Source: Selaginella moellendorffii
Taxonomy: Eukaryota > Plantae > Lycopodiophyta
DNA length: 64,000 bases
Assembly: GCF_000143415.4 (NCBI RefSeq)
Contig: NW_003314426.1
Location: forward strand, 62,001 to 126,000
Direction of reading: 5' to 3'
A model generated the notes under the pieces. The model saw only the letters and a list, made by a program, of their open reading frames with translations, did no database searches and was not told the origin of the DNA. How positions within the stretch are numbered: the first letter of the stretch is position 1; each line of letters starts with the position of its first letter. This document shows, piece by piece, positions 12,701 through 23,814 of the stretch. The position numbers were made by a program, and so were the translations under genes.

Positions 12701-14528
12701 AGGTCACGTGAGGCCTCACGCCATTTTGATTATAGATCGTTGTGAATATTCAGACACGAGGACTGAAAAGCGCACTGGTGGCGCGTCGAAGAAGGACAAA
12801 CAGACAAGCAATAGGAAAAAAGGAGGTACAAATTATATTTGCAATGGCATGTGGTCTCATGCCATTCCTTGCAGGAGACACTTCTTCAAAGGCAAAACAG
12901 GCAAGCACCAGCCAAGCTCAAACTGACAGTGGTCATAAAAAGCGAAAGCACGTTGGACAGTTGTCGGGATCAGAGGCGTTTGATTCGAAAAGGAAGAAGG
13001 GCAACGAAAAGATGATAGGTAATGCCTCGCGGTTATGGCGTGTGTGCTCATGCCATTCATTGCAGATCAAGGGCTGAGTGAAAGCAGCCAGTCACCACCT
13101 CCTGACTCAGATTCCTATGGTGGACTCCCCTTCCCCAATCTCAATGGAGAGGTACAATGGATGAGGGATGCTTTTCAAGTCAGGGCCACGTTTTTCTCAT
13201 CTCGTCGTCTTCGAAGGGTGCAAGAACGTGCAGAAACCATGTTAAGACAGTCGGGTGAGGATACGGTCCTAGGTCACGCACTAAAACAGGCTATGGATGT
13301 CTTGTATTTTGAGATGGAGACTCGGCCAGATGATTTTCCCAAGATGGTTCTGGAAGAACAAGCCATCCAGCCTGAGCAGCCTATGGAAGAAATGCAGGAG
13401 GGGGATGAGGAGCCAGAGAAAGATAATGAGCAGGAAGAGCAGAAGGACGAAGAGGAGGACAAAGAAGAGGAGGACGAAGAAGAGGAGGACGAAGAAGAGG
13501 AGGACGAAGAGGACTTGGATGGTCCTCACAATGGTGACGATCACAATAACGACAACGACGATGATGACGACGATGGCCAGCCTGAGGTGGCCAAAGAGCA
13601 GCGGAGGAAGGTCATACAAGACAAACCATCAGGTAAATAATAGTACATCCATTCCTAACCTTTTACCATTTCTAACATTATCCATGTAGGTCGCAGAGCA
13701 AATGGTAAGTAGAGATTATTCAGTTGAATTAAGATACAAACTCTAGCCTTTAGTGTCGAGGAAGGATAGTGCCAAGCAAGGGTCGAAACGTATGTTCAAT
13801 CCTTCAGAATCAGCAGTGCGCCCAAGTGATATCGGTCCTAGTTCCTCAATAGCAGTTGATGGTAAATACAGTATAGTCGATTCAATGTGCTAATGAGTTT
13901 GTTTTTAGTAGCCAGTAGGGAGGATACCATCTCAATCAAAGGGAGATATTTGGACATGCATATGGATCCGCCAGTGGACTCTACTTGCCTACAAGAGTCA
14001 TTAGAGCTGGTGGAGGCTACTATCCATATCAACGCCAAGCAAGCTGACCACGCTCCACTTGATGCTGCCCATACCACTGAGTCAATCTTGTCCATGTATC
14101 CAACTAACGGTGACCAGGCGCCATTGGACCCGCATGAGGCCGCCCCAGCCGCCGAGCCGGTCATATCCTCATTTCCAACAGACTCAACGTGTGCCCAATC
14201 GTCTGACTACACGCCGTTGGAACCTCCCTACACCGCCCCTACTGCCTGTTCGGTCATGTCCACTTTGCCAACGGAGGCACCAGCTGAAATGGCGTGTGAT
14301 CACACGCCATCAGAACCACCCTATGCCACTGTTGAGCCAGTTGTACCAGAGTCTACAGCTGAAATGGCATGTGCCCACACGCCATCGGATGCGATTGACC
14401 CCACATTGCAGAGGAGAGTATTTCCACCCTTCACGTTTCCTCGACCAAAACCCTCTCAACGACCATCGGGAGCACCATTCGCTAATATTGTAGATGGTAA
14501 AATTGACTTGTACCATTTTTTATGCTGA
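9763..14528 (+). pseudogene. Multi-exon transposon cargo gene: ParB/Srx-like domain, degenerate amino-MTase-like region, acidic tract, Pro-rich tail
   Basis: ATG|GTAAG at 9763-9770. Predicted GT-AG introns: 9766-10004, 11184-11237, 12561-12610, 12698-12753, 12826-12874, 13019-13065, 13633-13689. Motif NHRLVSDEWVEKLKQKM...FYAVSGQHSSLA. Lesions: frameshift near 11510-11535 and in-frame TGA at 12440-12442. Confidence 0.65.
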
Positions 14529-15406
14529 CGCATTTCATTTCAAAGTCACGGCGAAGGTACTGTATCGGTTTTGATCTGAACGGTGTCCTTTTCTCCCATG
14601 AGCGTGGCTCGTCCTCGAATGTCACTGCACCCTCCAAAGCCTGCGGTCGCAAGTTGGTCAAAAGAGACAGATTCACATTAATCACACGGGAGAAACTGCG
14701 GGATCTAATAATGACCATGCGACACTTAAAACAGAGGGCCGGGTTCAATTTGCAATTGGGAGTTTGGACATCCATGATACGCCACAATGCATTAACGTTG
14801 CTACAGATGATGCACGATCAGACGCGAGTAATATTACCATTTGACTTTCTCCTAACGCAGGAGGATTGCTTGACTATGGTCCATGTAAGGGGTAGCAAGC
14901 CCATCTTCGTCAAGCCAGAGGCTGTAGTGATGAACCGGACTGCTAGGTCAAGTGAAATCCTCATCATCGATGATTCGCCGATTAAAACTGCAGCGAACAC
15001 GCACACATATGCAGTGCACCCCATCTCTTGCAGTATGGAAACTAGGGAGAAGAAACCGTATGTTCTGGGGGACCTTGCAAAATGGCTTGGAGCGATGGTG
15101 ATAGAGAACCGGCCAGTCCAGGAGGTGGCTGCAGAAATCAACCAAATGGCAGATGGAACGGTATATCAGAAGCCATTTGATCGGACAGACACCAGTCATC
15201 ATTTATGGCATGTATATTGTCTAGCCAAGCACTATCCGCATCTCCATAATCTGCTCAACCGGATGGGTTCTTCGACCACTGAACATGAGCGTGGACGTAT
15301 TAGAGAAGAGATGGCATTACTATTGGGTTTAAATCCTAATAGTGTGGAAAGTGATGAAATTCCAAGATTATTGTATAGGCGTTGGAGGCAAAAAATAACA
15401 GTCTGA
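14522..15406 (+). CDS. NIF/FCP1-like HAD-fold phosphatase-domain protein carried by the transposon
   Basis: IGFDLNGVLF (motif I variant), LGVWTS, FLLTQEDC, PIFVKP, ILIIDDSPIK. A 1-nt indel in the T-run at 14516-14521 would join it to the upstream cargo ORF. Confidence 0.7.
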   Translation: MLTHFISKSRRRYCIGFDLNGVLFSHERGSSSNVTAPSKACGRKLVKRDRFTLITREKLRDLIMTMRHLKQRAGFNLQLGVWTSMIRHNALTLLQMMHDQTRVILPFDFLLTQEDCLTMVHVRGSKPIFVKPEAVVMNRTARSSEILIIDDSPIKTAANTHTYAVHPISCSMETREKKPYVLGDLAKWLGAMVIENRPVQEVAAEINQMADGTVYQKPFDRTDTSHHLWHVYCLAKHYPHLHNLLNRMGSSTTEHERGRIREEMALLLGLNPNSVESDEIPRLLYRRWRQKITV

Positions 15407-15824
15407 GATGGCATGTATTTATTTAAAAATGTAACTTATTATGGCATGGGGTTCCATGCCATTGTATTAATATTAAAAGACAATTCTTTGAGAGGATTTG
15501 CATTATACTAGAAGTGTTACAGCATGTTATTGGAAGTCTACGAAGTTATTTTATTAATAAGGGGAAAGTAAAGATTGAATGGGGACTTGGGCTCCACCTA
15601 GACTCAGAGCAACTGAGCCAATATTAAAAGGATGGAAAGAAATTGGACGACGATGACAAGGAGAAGAGAGAGGTGAAGCAGTGGCAGGGGGAGGAGAAGT
15701 GATTGAGTAGACATTTCCTTGTTTAAAATAAAATGGCATGTGCCTCAATGCAGTTGAATTTTGTTATATTTATATACTATATAAAGGTTTGGAAACCTTA
15801 TTTTACAAGTGGGATAATGACAAT

Positions 15825-15848
15825 TCCCACTTTAACGAAATAGAGCTT
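15825..15848 (-). repeat. Right terminal inverted repeat
   Basis: TCCCACTTTAACGAAATAGAGCTT, exact reverse complement of 2936-2959. Confidence 0.95.
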
Positions 15849-16330
15849 CTTGGATCCCTTGGAAATGATGAACTTGAAAAGATTACATAATGGCTAGTTG
15901 TAATATAGAGGGCACAAAATCTAGCTATCTAAGATTGATGGCCTGATAGTTAAACACGAAAGAACTTAAGAGAGTTAAATATTGTTCTAGCTATTAAAAC
16001 TAGAAACTAGTGAGGACACCATTCCTTGCTATTTGTCCTGGTGTGCAACAGCTAGCAATTAACATTAATATTCAATGGTATGCAAATGCCTCAATTTAAA
16101 CAAATGCCGAGCCTCATTAGTTGTTATTCTTAGCATTCAAGTATGTTAAGAAATATATTAGAATATACATTGTGATATATTTTAGATAGCACAAAAGAAA
16201 TTTAGGAGTAGTATATTTTAAATAGCACAACAAATTATTTAAAAAGAGGAGTAGTACTCAATGGAATTTAACAATTGGTTCCTCAAGGTATGGAAGAAAC
16301 TAGAAACCTAGACAGATAAAATTGATGGAT

Positions 16331-18244
16331 CAAGAGCGCCAACTTCCACCCAACGAGTCAAGCAGTCAGAAGCAATAATAATATACTCATTGCCAACAGT
16401 CGACTGTGGAAAAAGTCCCATAAGATCAAATGCCACTAACTCAAACGGATGGGAAGCCGCAATTGACTCCAACCGTCCTTCCACAGCACAAGGGGGAGTA
16501 TTATGAGCTTGGCACCAAACGCAGCTATGCACATACCGGATAATATCACGTTGCATCTCCGGCCAATAGAAAGATCTGCGCAGCTTCTCGGTGACACGAC
16601 GGTGTCCCATATGCCCACCTAGAACAGGAAAATCATGGTAGGCATGGAGAAACCGCGGAATAAACACCGAAGGCACCACCAGCCGTAAATTATCATCAGG
16701 ATCCGTCCCCACAAAATAAAAAAGGCCATCATCAAGATGATATTGAGAATGTAAATGCTGGAAAGGCAAGTCATCAGCAAGTGATGCAGGATTTTCAAAC
16801 CCATCTCGAAGCCTTCGAATCCACGGCTCAATCTTTTGAGCCTCGCGAACCTCATCAAGAGAAGGTAGATCTTGCTCTGTGCCCTGTGGACACTGAACGT
16901 CAAGGACAGCAACCGCCGACGGCACAGAATCCTCATTTAGAAAATCCACAGATGCTGGAACAATAGGTTCGTCAGAAACATGAGAAGTGAGTGGAGAAGG
17001 AAGAGGAGCTCGAGAAAGGGCATCAACATCAGCCATAGCACTCCCTGGGCGATGAACATCAAAATTATATATCTGAAGCTTCTAAACCCATCAAGCCGTA
17101 CGACTAACCAGGTTCTTCCGCTTCAATAATGAAGTAACAGCAGCATGGTCACCTTCAAGTAACGTTCGAGAACCATGTAGATATGCATGAAGTTTCTCGA
17201 AACCCCAGACTGTTGCTAAACACTCCTTCTCCGTCGTGGAGTAGTTCATCTCCGCTGGTTGTAATGTATGGCTTATGTATGCAATGGGATAGCGCTAACC
17301 AGGCACACTCGAGCTCTCTTGCATCAACACACCTCCAAGACCAATGTCAGAAGCATCCACGCGCAAAATAAAAGGTCGAGTGTAGTCAGGATACACCAAA
17401 ACCGGAGGAGTTGTCAATAGCTCTTTGAGATCCATGAACGCCCGCTCACAATCCGAAGACCAAATGAAAGATGACATGGATGACTTCAGCAACGCTTGCA
17501 ATGGTGTAGTGCAATTGGAAAGATGATCCACAAAACAACCAAGATACTGCACCTTACCCAAAAAGCGTTGCACATCATTCACACACTTCGGAGTAGGGAA
17601 CTTTAGAACAGCCACAAGTTTGTCAAGATCAACTTGCAAACCCTCACGAGAAATACGGTACCCAAGATAAGTTGTGTCCTTGGACCCAAACACGCACTTT
17701 GACCGCTTCAGCTTTAAACCAACGTCGCGTAGCCGATCCAACACTTTACAAACATCACGAATGTACTCCTCCCATGTCCCCTCCGAGTGGATCAAGACAT
17801 CATCAATGAAGTCAGCAATCACCTCCGGCATATCGCAAAGAACCTCGTCCATCATCTGCTGAAAAGTTGCTGGAGCATTGTTCAAACCAAACGGCATCAC
17901 CAAGAACTCATACAAACCAAATGGTGTACGAAAAGCAGTCTTAGGAATATCTTCTTCGGCCATCGGTACTTGCCAATACTTAAAAGCAAGATCTAGCTTG
18001 GTGAACCAACGACTTCGCCCCAAATGATCCAAGAGATTAGCAGTGTGAGGAAGAGGATACACATCTGGGATCGTCACTTCGTTTAACGGACGATAGTTAA
18101 TGCAGAAACGAATACTCCCATCAGGCTTCATCACAAGATGAGGTTCACATGCCCAAGGACTCCACGACTTCCGAATAACACCCTTCTCTAGCATTTCCTT
18201 GACGTTTTCTCGTAAAATCTTGATCTCCTTAGGTGACCGACGAC
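16331..18244 (-). mobile_element. LTR-less internal gypsy pol fragment (RT, RNase H, N-terminal integrase) replacing host sequence
   Basis: Highly similar to 45423-46428 + 53099-53441 + 55165-55730, but lacks both nested inserts. FIDDVL RT motif. No LTR and no TSD. Confidence 0.9.
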
Positions 18245-18559
18245 CTGTAGGAAAACGTTTCACAAAGGTGCAGATATTCTCTCTACAAAAATCAACAATC
18301 CCGCCATTTTCTTCATCACATCTCCCAAGAATTGGGATAGCTCTCCAGCTTCCACTTGATCTCTGCCCACTTGAGATGAGATGCATGGATCCTACAAGAA
18401 GCCAGCCGTGGACACCACGCTGTTGCATCTCCCGAGCTATTTTGTTCAAGATGTGTGGTATACCGACGTGAACTATAAATTGCAGTGCAGGATCACATTC
18501 TAACTGATTTAATGCTAGAAGCAGCTATGATATCTGACAACTCCAAAATGTTGAGCCTT

Positions 18560-19330
18560 CGTGACTTCCAATATGCTTTGTGGAAGGTCCCGATGGTAAG
18601 TTTGAGTTTTATTATTCTCGCAAGAAATTAACTAGCTAGGAAACCCAGAGCAGTTATTAAAGAAATACGTTCCATTTCTTTGTGAGGAGTGTCAGCAATC
18701 GCAACTAACACTGATACTCTTGAATTTTTTTTCATCTGTGCATAATTTAGGTTGATTATGTTTCTCAGTTCGGTGCTGACCAGTATCTACGTCTGGGGAA
18801 ACTTCTTGTATTGTGTAGGATCATCTCGTTCTTGGACTCCAACATAATAAAATTCCATCGAGAAGAAATACTAATCTTCTCTATTGCAGGTTCGTGATAG
18901 TATTTATCTTATTTTCGCAAAACTTTCCGGGAAGTTTACTGTTAATTCTCCTTGGGCATACTTCCGATGCTGTTTCTTTTCTTTTGGAAAGCTCAGTGTT
19001 TTACTTGTCGTCACTAACACTAATACCAGATAGCACTACGCCTGTACAAGTACATAGCCTGAACATCCTAGCATGGTTTATTTCTGAAACTTCTATTTCG
19101 GACAAGAAGCAGTTACTGTTGGCCGTGGTTGGCTGCATTGTAGCTCTTGCAAGCACTTTGAAGGTAAATCTTGATCTCATAATTTAAACCAGTCTTAAAT
19201 CTTTGTTTGTAGTCTGTGCCATGCGGTGCTTTAAAGAAATCAAGCAGGAAGGTCAAGTCTTGAAGCTTTCTGTGCTTTTGCGAGCCATACATGACAATAC
19301 CAAGAACTTCGTAAACAACAGGAGGTTTTT
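18560..19330 (+). other. Possible spliced gene fragment with a hydrophobic exon, product unknown (duplicate at ~58500-59270)
   Basis: GT-AG junction-like sites (ATG|GTAAG near 18594, TTGCAG near 18889, AAG|GTAAAT near 19163); exon 18890-19163 is hydrophobic. Confidence 0.3.
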
Positions 19331-19746
19331 GTCATCCTTTCTTCATACTAGTCTGCTCAGCGAATGAGCGCAAGACAATTAGAACATGTGGTACGTTTCA
19401 TTAAGTTGCACCTCCGCCAACAATTTCAATCTTTCTAAGAACTTCAGACATCTCCCACCTTGCTTTGTTGGTTCGATCTAGCTGAAAATTATTGACTTGC
19501 CAGAAGGAAAGAAAGCAGAAAAGAATTCCTTGATTTGTTTCGTTACATGTAAATTCTTCTATACTTCTTTTCTTTCTGGCATGTCACCAGTTTTCTATGT
19601 TGGATCAAATCAATAGAGCAAGGCGGCTGTATGAAAGATTGAGACCCTCTGCATTAGCTATTGCATCAACAACCCACAGATGTATGGCTAAGGGAGGGAT
19701 GGAAATGAGTGGGATGACCATAACCTAAACGAGACGCAGACAAAGT

Positions 19747-20690
19747 TTAATACCTCACAGTCTCAATGGCTGCTTTGCCATCTAGTTTTGAAGCGTAGAA
19801 CAATTGAAGGTAATTTCCATAGACGCTATCTTTGAAGCAAGCAGGTGCTTCGTCAGCGACCATCTGCGCCAGCAGAGCAATGTGACTATCTTCTGCTGGC
19901 CCATAGAATGAAGCAATGGAGACTCGAGTTCGCTCCGAGTTGACAACTGCTCGGTGCTCCACACTCTTGTACGCATCATTGGAAAGAATCTGAATAACAC
20001 ACAATCAAAACCTGGAAATCTCATGCATGCACGACTATGACGATCGAAAGAAAGCTTACCTGAAGTTGATCTCCAATGTTGACAACAAAGGCGCCAGGCA
20101 GAGGTTTGATCGGCACCCACGCTCCACAGTGTACAATCTGGAGGCCATCTTTCACCCTGGTGTCCTGCTGGAGTATAGTGAAACCGTTTGGATCCGCGTG
20201 AGCGTCCAGTCAGATTGTAAGCTCCGGCTCCGGACAAGGTGGATAGTAGTTCATCCTCATCGCATGCCTCTCTCCTTCAAAAGCTTCCTCCAGAGCACCA
20301 CTTTCCAGTCCCAGTGACTCCGAGAACAATCCAAGCACTCTTTTCGCGGCGACGAACGAGACGTGGGTGGGGCGGACGACTGAATCGCTGGCGAGGGCGA
20401 GGAAGAGATGAATCGCTTGCGCGCTCTGGCCGTTTGCGCAGAGCGTCGAGATCATGATGTTACAGGAGAAGGCGTTCTTGTGGACGAGATCGTGGAAGAC
20501 GGACCATGCGTCCGGGAGGCTGGAGCACTTGCCATACATGAGGATGAGGAGATTGCTGAACAAGGGGTGGTGGCGTAGGTCGAGGGTGGCGGCCAGGCGG
20601 CGGTGCAAGAGCTTCCCTCGCGGGAGGGACTTGGAATCACCACATTGGCGCAGAAGAGTCGCGATTTGGCGTGGAGATGCCTGCAGGAGG
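19747..20690 (-). pseudogene. PPR / 2OG-Fe(II) dioxygenase chimera, copy A (nonsense codon)
   Basis: PPR motifs MYGKCSSL.DAW.VF and NIMISTLCANG fused in frame to MRMNYYPPCPEP. The codon at 20210-20212 is TGA here and GGA in copy B. Confidence 0.8.
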
Positions 20691-21166
20691 CACCGCGATC
20701 ACTCCTCTTGCTACTTCGCTGGATGTCATGGCAAAGACACACTCTCTCTCTCTCCATGATCCTGTGAAGAGCTTCATATGGATCATCACATTTTTTGTCA
20801 ATAGCTTCACATAGGCACTAAACAACAGACATAAAGGAACTCAGAAGCAATCAGTCTTCTAAGCATCTTATCCTCCGGCATCAAATGTTGGATCAGTGAT
20901 GTCCTTTTTGAAGTCTCGCTTGTTGTTTGAGGTGGGCACGTGCTCCTATTGGTGTTCATGGGGTGTTGCAAAGCTGTGGGCTCTCAATGTAAAGGGGATT
21001 TCCTTGGCAAAAGAGCTTGAAACTTTGGTGTGCTGTTTTTCTTGTTTTACCATTTTGTTTTACATGAGACATGTAGGAAATCCTGAGCTCAAAAGTTCAC
21101 TAAGATTCATTTGCATAAACTACACTTTGGCAGAAAAATTATAACATTTATTACAAAATACAATAA

Positions 21167-21748
21167 TCAGTTAAAAACAACCCATTCATCATCGAATGGA
21201 TCTAGGACGTACAATTTGCCTTGCTTCTCCACACATTGTCCAATATTCCAGCGATGGGTAACTTTGGTAAAATCCACACACTTTGACAGCACAAGAAGGA
21301 ACGGGGTTACATCTGCCAAGAAGTGGTCATCCTTTGACCCCTCAAACTTTGGAGCCACCACCACGCTCTCTTGATGACCTTGGTAGAAGTCAATAATGTC
21401 ATCCAGTGCCACCACCCGCTCGAAATCCCGAAACCCTACATGGTCAAGATTCTTGACTTTCGTCCCGTCCTTTAGAACAACGCAATTGCCACCATGTAGC
21501 CTCCTCGACACAAGCCCCCCAGTAGGATCCAGATGGTCAACCACAAGGTTGACATACTTCTCCTGGGCGGCACTAAACACCACGATATCGTACACTTTTG
21601 AAACCTTCCCCAGAAATTCATCTGGTCTCTTCATGATGTGGAGTGGTGCATCATCGTCGAATTCCATGCTGAAACTCACAGAAGAGACGAGATCCTTATG
21701 AGCGTATACCAGTGTATTGTCTAGATCGAGAATGAGTGTCTTCTTCAT
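21167..21748 (-). CDS. CTD small phosphatase-like (NIF/FCP1, HAD) protein, copy A
   Basis: KKTLILDLDNTLV, KRP..DEFL, VVFSAA..YV..VVD.LDP, VVALDD. Intronless, with a 6-bp deletion relative to copy B. Confidence 0.85.
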   Translation of the reverse strand: MKKTLILDLDNTLVYAHKDLVSSVSFSMEFDDDAPLHIMKRPDEFLGKVSKVYDIVVFSAAQEKYVNLVVDHLDPTGGLVSRRLHGGNCVVLKDGTKVKNLDHVGFRDFERVVALDDIIDFYQGHQESVVVAPKFEGSKDDHFLADVTPFLLVLSKCVDFTKVTHRWNIGQCVEKQGKLYVLDPFDDEWVVFN

Positions 21749-22478
21749 GATACCCTAAAAAATGACTCGTATTCCGTGGAAATGTAGAAGGGCCACAAAA
21801 GGTGACCAAAGGTGCCACGTCTGCCCTAAACTCTATCCGACGTGGCCTTTTTGTATTCTTGTACCCTACTATTGGCAAAGCCCAAGGGAGCCGGAGGAGC
21901 GCGTCGATCCTCAATGCAGCTTAGATTCCAAATCTAGGGCTGCCGTGATCGTCTGGCAAGGGCAGAGGTGAGTGCGCTGCTGGTTTGCGGCCTACTGTTG
22001 GCGAGGCGGAAGGAGGTGAGCATGCAATTGTAGCAAGTTTGTTGTGAATCCATTGACGGACAGCTGATGTGCGCATTCTAGGCTCCAGCCGTTGGATAAG
22101 TGCAGTAACGACTCCTCAATCTCTTTTGTGCTTTCAGCAACGACTCACAATGTTAACACTGACCAGAGTCCACCATGGAGAGGAAGAGAGCTGCTGGTCC
22201 GAAGAAACTACACACTCAGAAGCGATCCGACGTCATGCTCGAAAGGACCCGCCCACTGGATCCGATTAACCGAGCTCGATCAGGTTGGTCAAAACTTGAA
22301 ACATCTGCACTTGTCTGACGAAGATCCTCGTTGAAGCAGGAGCAGGAGAAACTGATCATGATGCATCCGCGTTGCAGGCTGCTCCTGACGCTGGTACGAA
22401 GAATTCCTTTTGTTGGCTGACACGACTCTTTGCTGGTTTGATTCATGACTTGCAGAATATGTTCGGCAATTCCTCGCA

Positions 22479-23533
22479 ATGGCGCAACGCTTGGAGAGAT
22501 TCAAGATGCTCTCGGCGAATGTTGTGACCGGGATCGTGGAATCGATCCAAAAGGGAGGGGAGACTCCAGTTGCAGCAGCAGGTGGATACAATAATTTCTC
22601 TCTTTGGCATCTTTTCGCTTCTGAGTGGCCCCTTGTCTCTCTTGTCCAGGCCGCTTCTGCAGCAGCTACGAAGTGCTCGCTTGTGTTGGCCAGGGGGCGT
22701 CCGGGAAAGTATACAAGTGCCGTAGCAAGGAGGACGAACAAATCTACGCCATCAAAGTCATCAAGGTTCGCACAGCAACGAAGTCCAGAGACCAGGATGT
22801 CGCGCTCGTCTTCAAGGAGGGAGAGATGCTCCAGCGCTGCGAACACCCCAACATAGTCAAATACTTCAACATGTGGAAGGAGGAAGGCGAGCCGGGCAAG
22901 TCGAAAGTGTACATTGTCATGGAGTTTTGTGGCCGCTCGCTCCAGTCGGTGCTCCTCGGCGGTGAGTCACCACCTGCAGATGCGTTTAGGCAGCTTCTTC
23001 AAGCTGTGGCGCATGTGCACGACAACGTGGGTGTTCATCGGGATATAGCACCACACAACATCTTCGTCACAGACGATGGACGCATCAAGCTGGGAGATTT
23101 CGGTCTTGGTAGGCAAATGAAACATCTCTTCCATCTCTCATTTGTTGGCTTACAGCTAAAAATAAGGAGTCCATGCTCGAGACCGAAAATATCAAGAAGG
23201 GGAGAGCAGTTTACTACTCTCCCCAGCGCCGGAGCAACTCAACCTACACTGACATGCTTGCGCTTGGAGTTATACTCTTCGAACTTCATTGGAGGTGTCC
23301 CCCGGACCAGGTTTGGCTGCAGTTTGTGCAACGTGCTTGCTTAGTTTGGTGAATCTGTGTAGGAAAGGGAGTCGGTATTGATTGACGTCCGGGATGGCGT
23401 TTTACCAGCAGACTGGGCGTACCAACACCCATCAATTGCGCCCAAGGTGTTGGAGCTGGTCGCAGCAAGACGCGACCAGCGTCCATCCGCGCGCGACATC
23501 CTCTGCGATCCTGCCTGGCAATCTGTTTGGTGA
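22479..23533 (+). CDS. Ser/Thr protein kinase, eIF2alpha-kinase/GCN2-like, spliced, copy A
   Basis: VGQGASGKV, YAIK, HPNIVKYF, HRDIAPHN, KLGDFGL, DMLALGVILFEL, ERESVLIDVRDGVLPADW, RPSARDIL. Predicted introns 22582-22649, ~23109-23154 and ~23311-23361. Confidence 0.75.
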
Positions 23534-23814
23534 GTTTCTTTCATTACTCTGATTCTCTGCTTGGCTTCTAACATGTCTGTTTGCAGCTGATCGTTGTAGT
23601 TGTTTAGATTTACTTGCTCCTTTTTGTCATCTTTGTAGTCTTGGTCTTTTTCAGCATGCTGATTTCGATTCAGAAATATGAATTCGTTGCCAGTTCATTG
23701 CATTTCTGCCAGGCCGAGTTGTTCTCGATCAAGGTTGCTGAACAACTCAAGGGCTTCCGACATTCTTGTAGTCAGGTTCGGTTCAAGGAACAGGATTGGT
23801 AAACAGCACATTGA

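Larger units (their letters stand above)
3162..15755. repeat. Dispersed 22-bp palindrome ATGGCRTG-N6-CAYGCCAT, >20 copies, seen only inside the transposon
   Basis: Copies start at about 3162, 3478, 3567, 4167, 4327, 4473, 5814, 5871, 7474, 7544, 7642, 8257, 8328, 9791, 9868, 9928, 11205, 12703, 12844, 13035, 14289, 14364 and 15441, with a partial copy at 15733. Confidence 0.92.
2936..15848. mobile_element. 12.9-kb cut-and-paste DNA transposon with cargo genes (Sola-like DDE transposase)
   Basis: Perfect 24-bp TIRs AAGCTCTATTTCGTTAAAGTGGGA (2936-2959; reverse complement 15825-15848), flanked by CTTG at 2932-2935 and 15849-15852. Two paralogous empty sites read ATCA-CTTG-GATCCC (CTTG at 44065-44068 and 32815-32818). 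An alternative reading is a 2-bp TT duplication with 25-bp TIRs. Confidence 0.95.

Noticed and set aside
3162-15755. Palindromic repeats as a CRISPR array or REP elements
   Set aside because: Spacing is irregular (tens of bp to >1 kb), copies sit in introns and ORFs, there are no cas genes, and the context is eukaryotic.
17295-18449. Domesticated RT gene with a novel N-terminus
   Set aside because: The ORF arises from a rearrangement junction, and the N-terminal part comes from the inverted-repeat arm.
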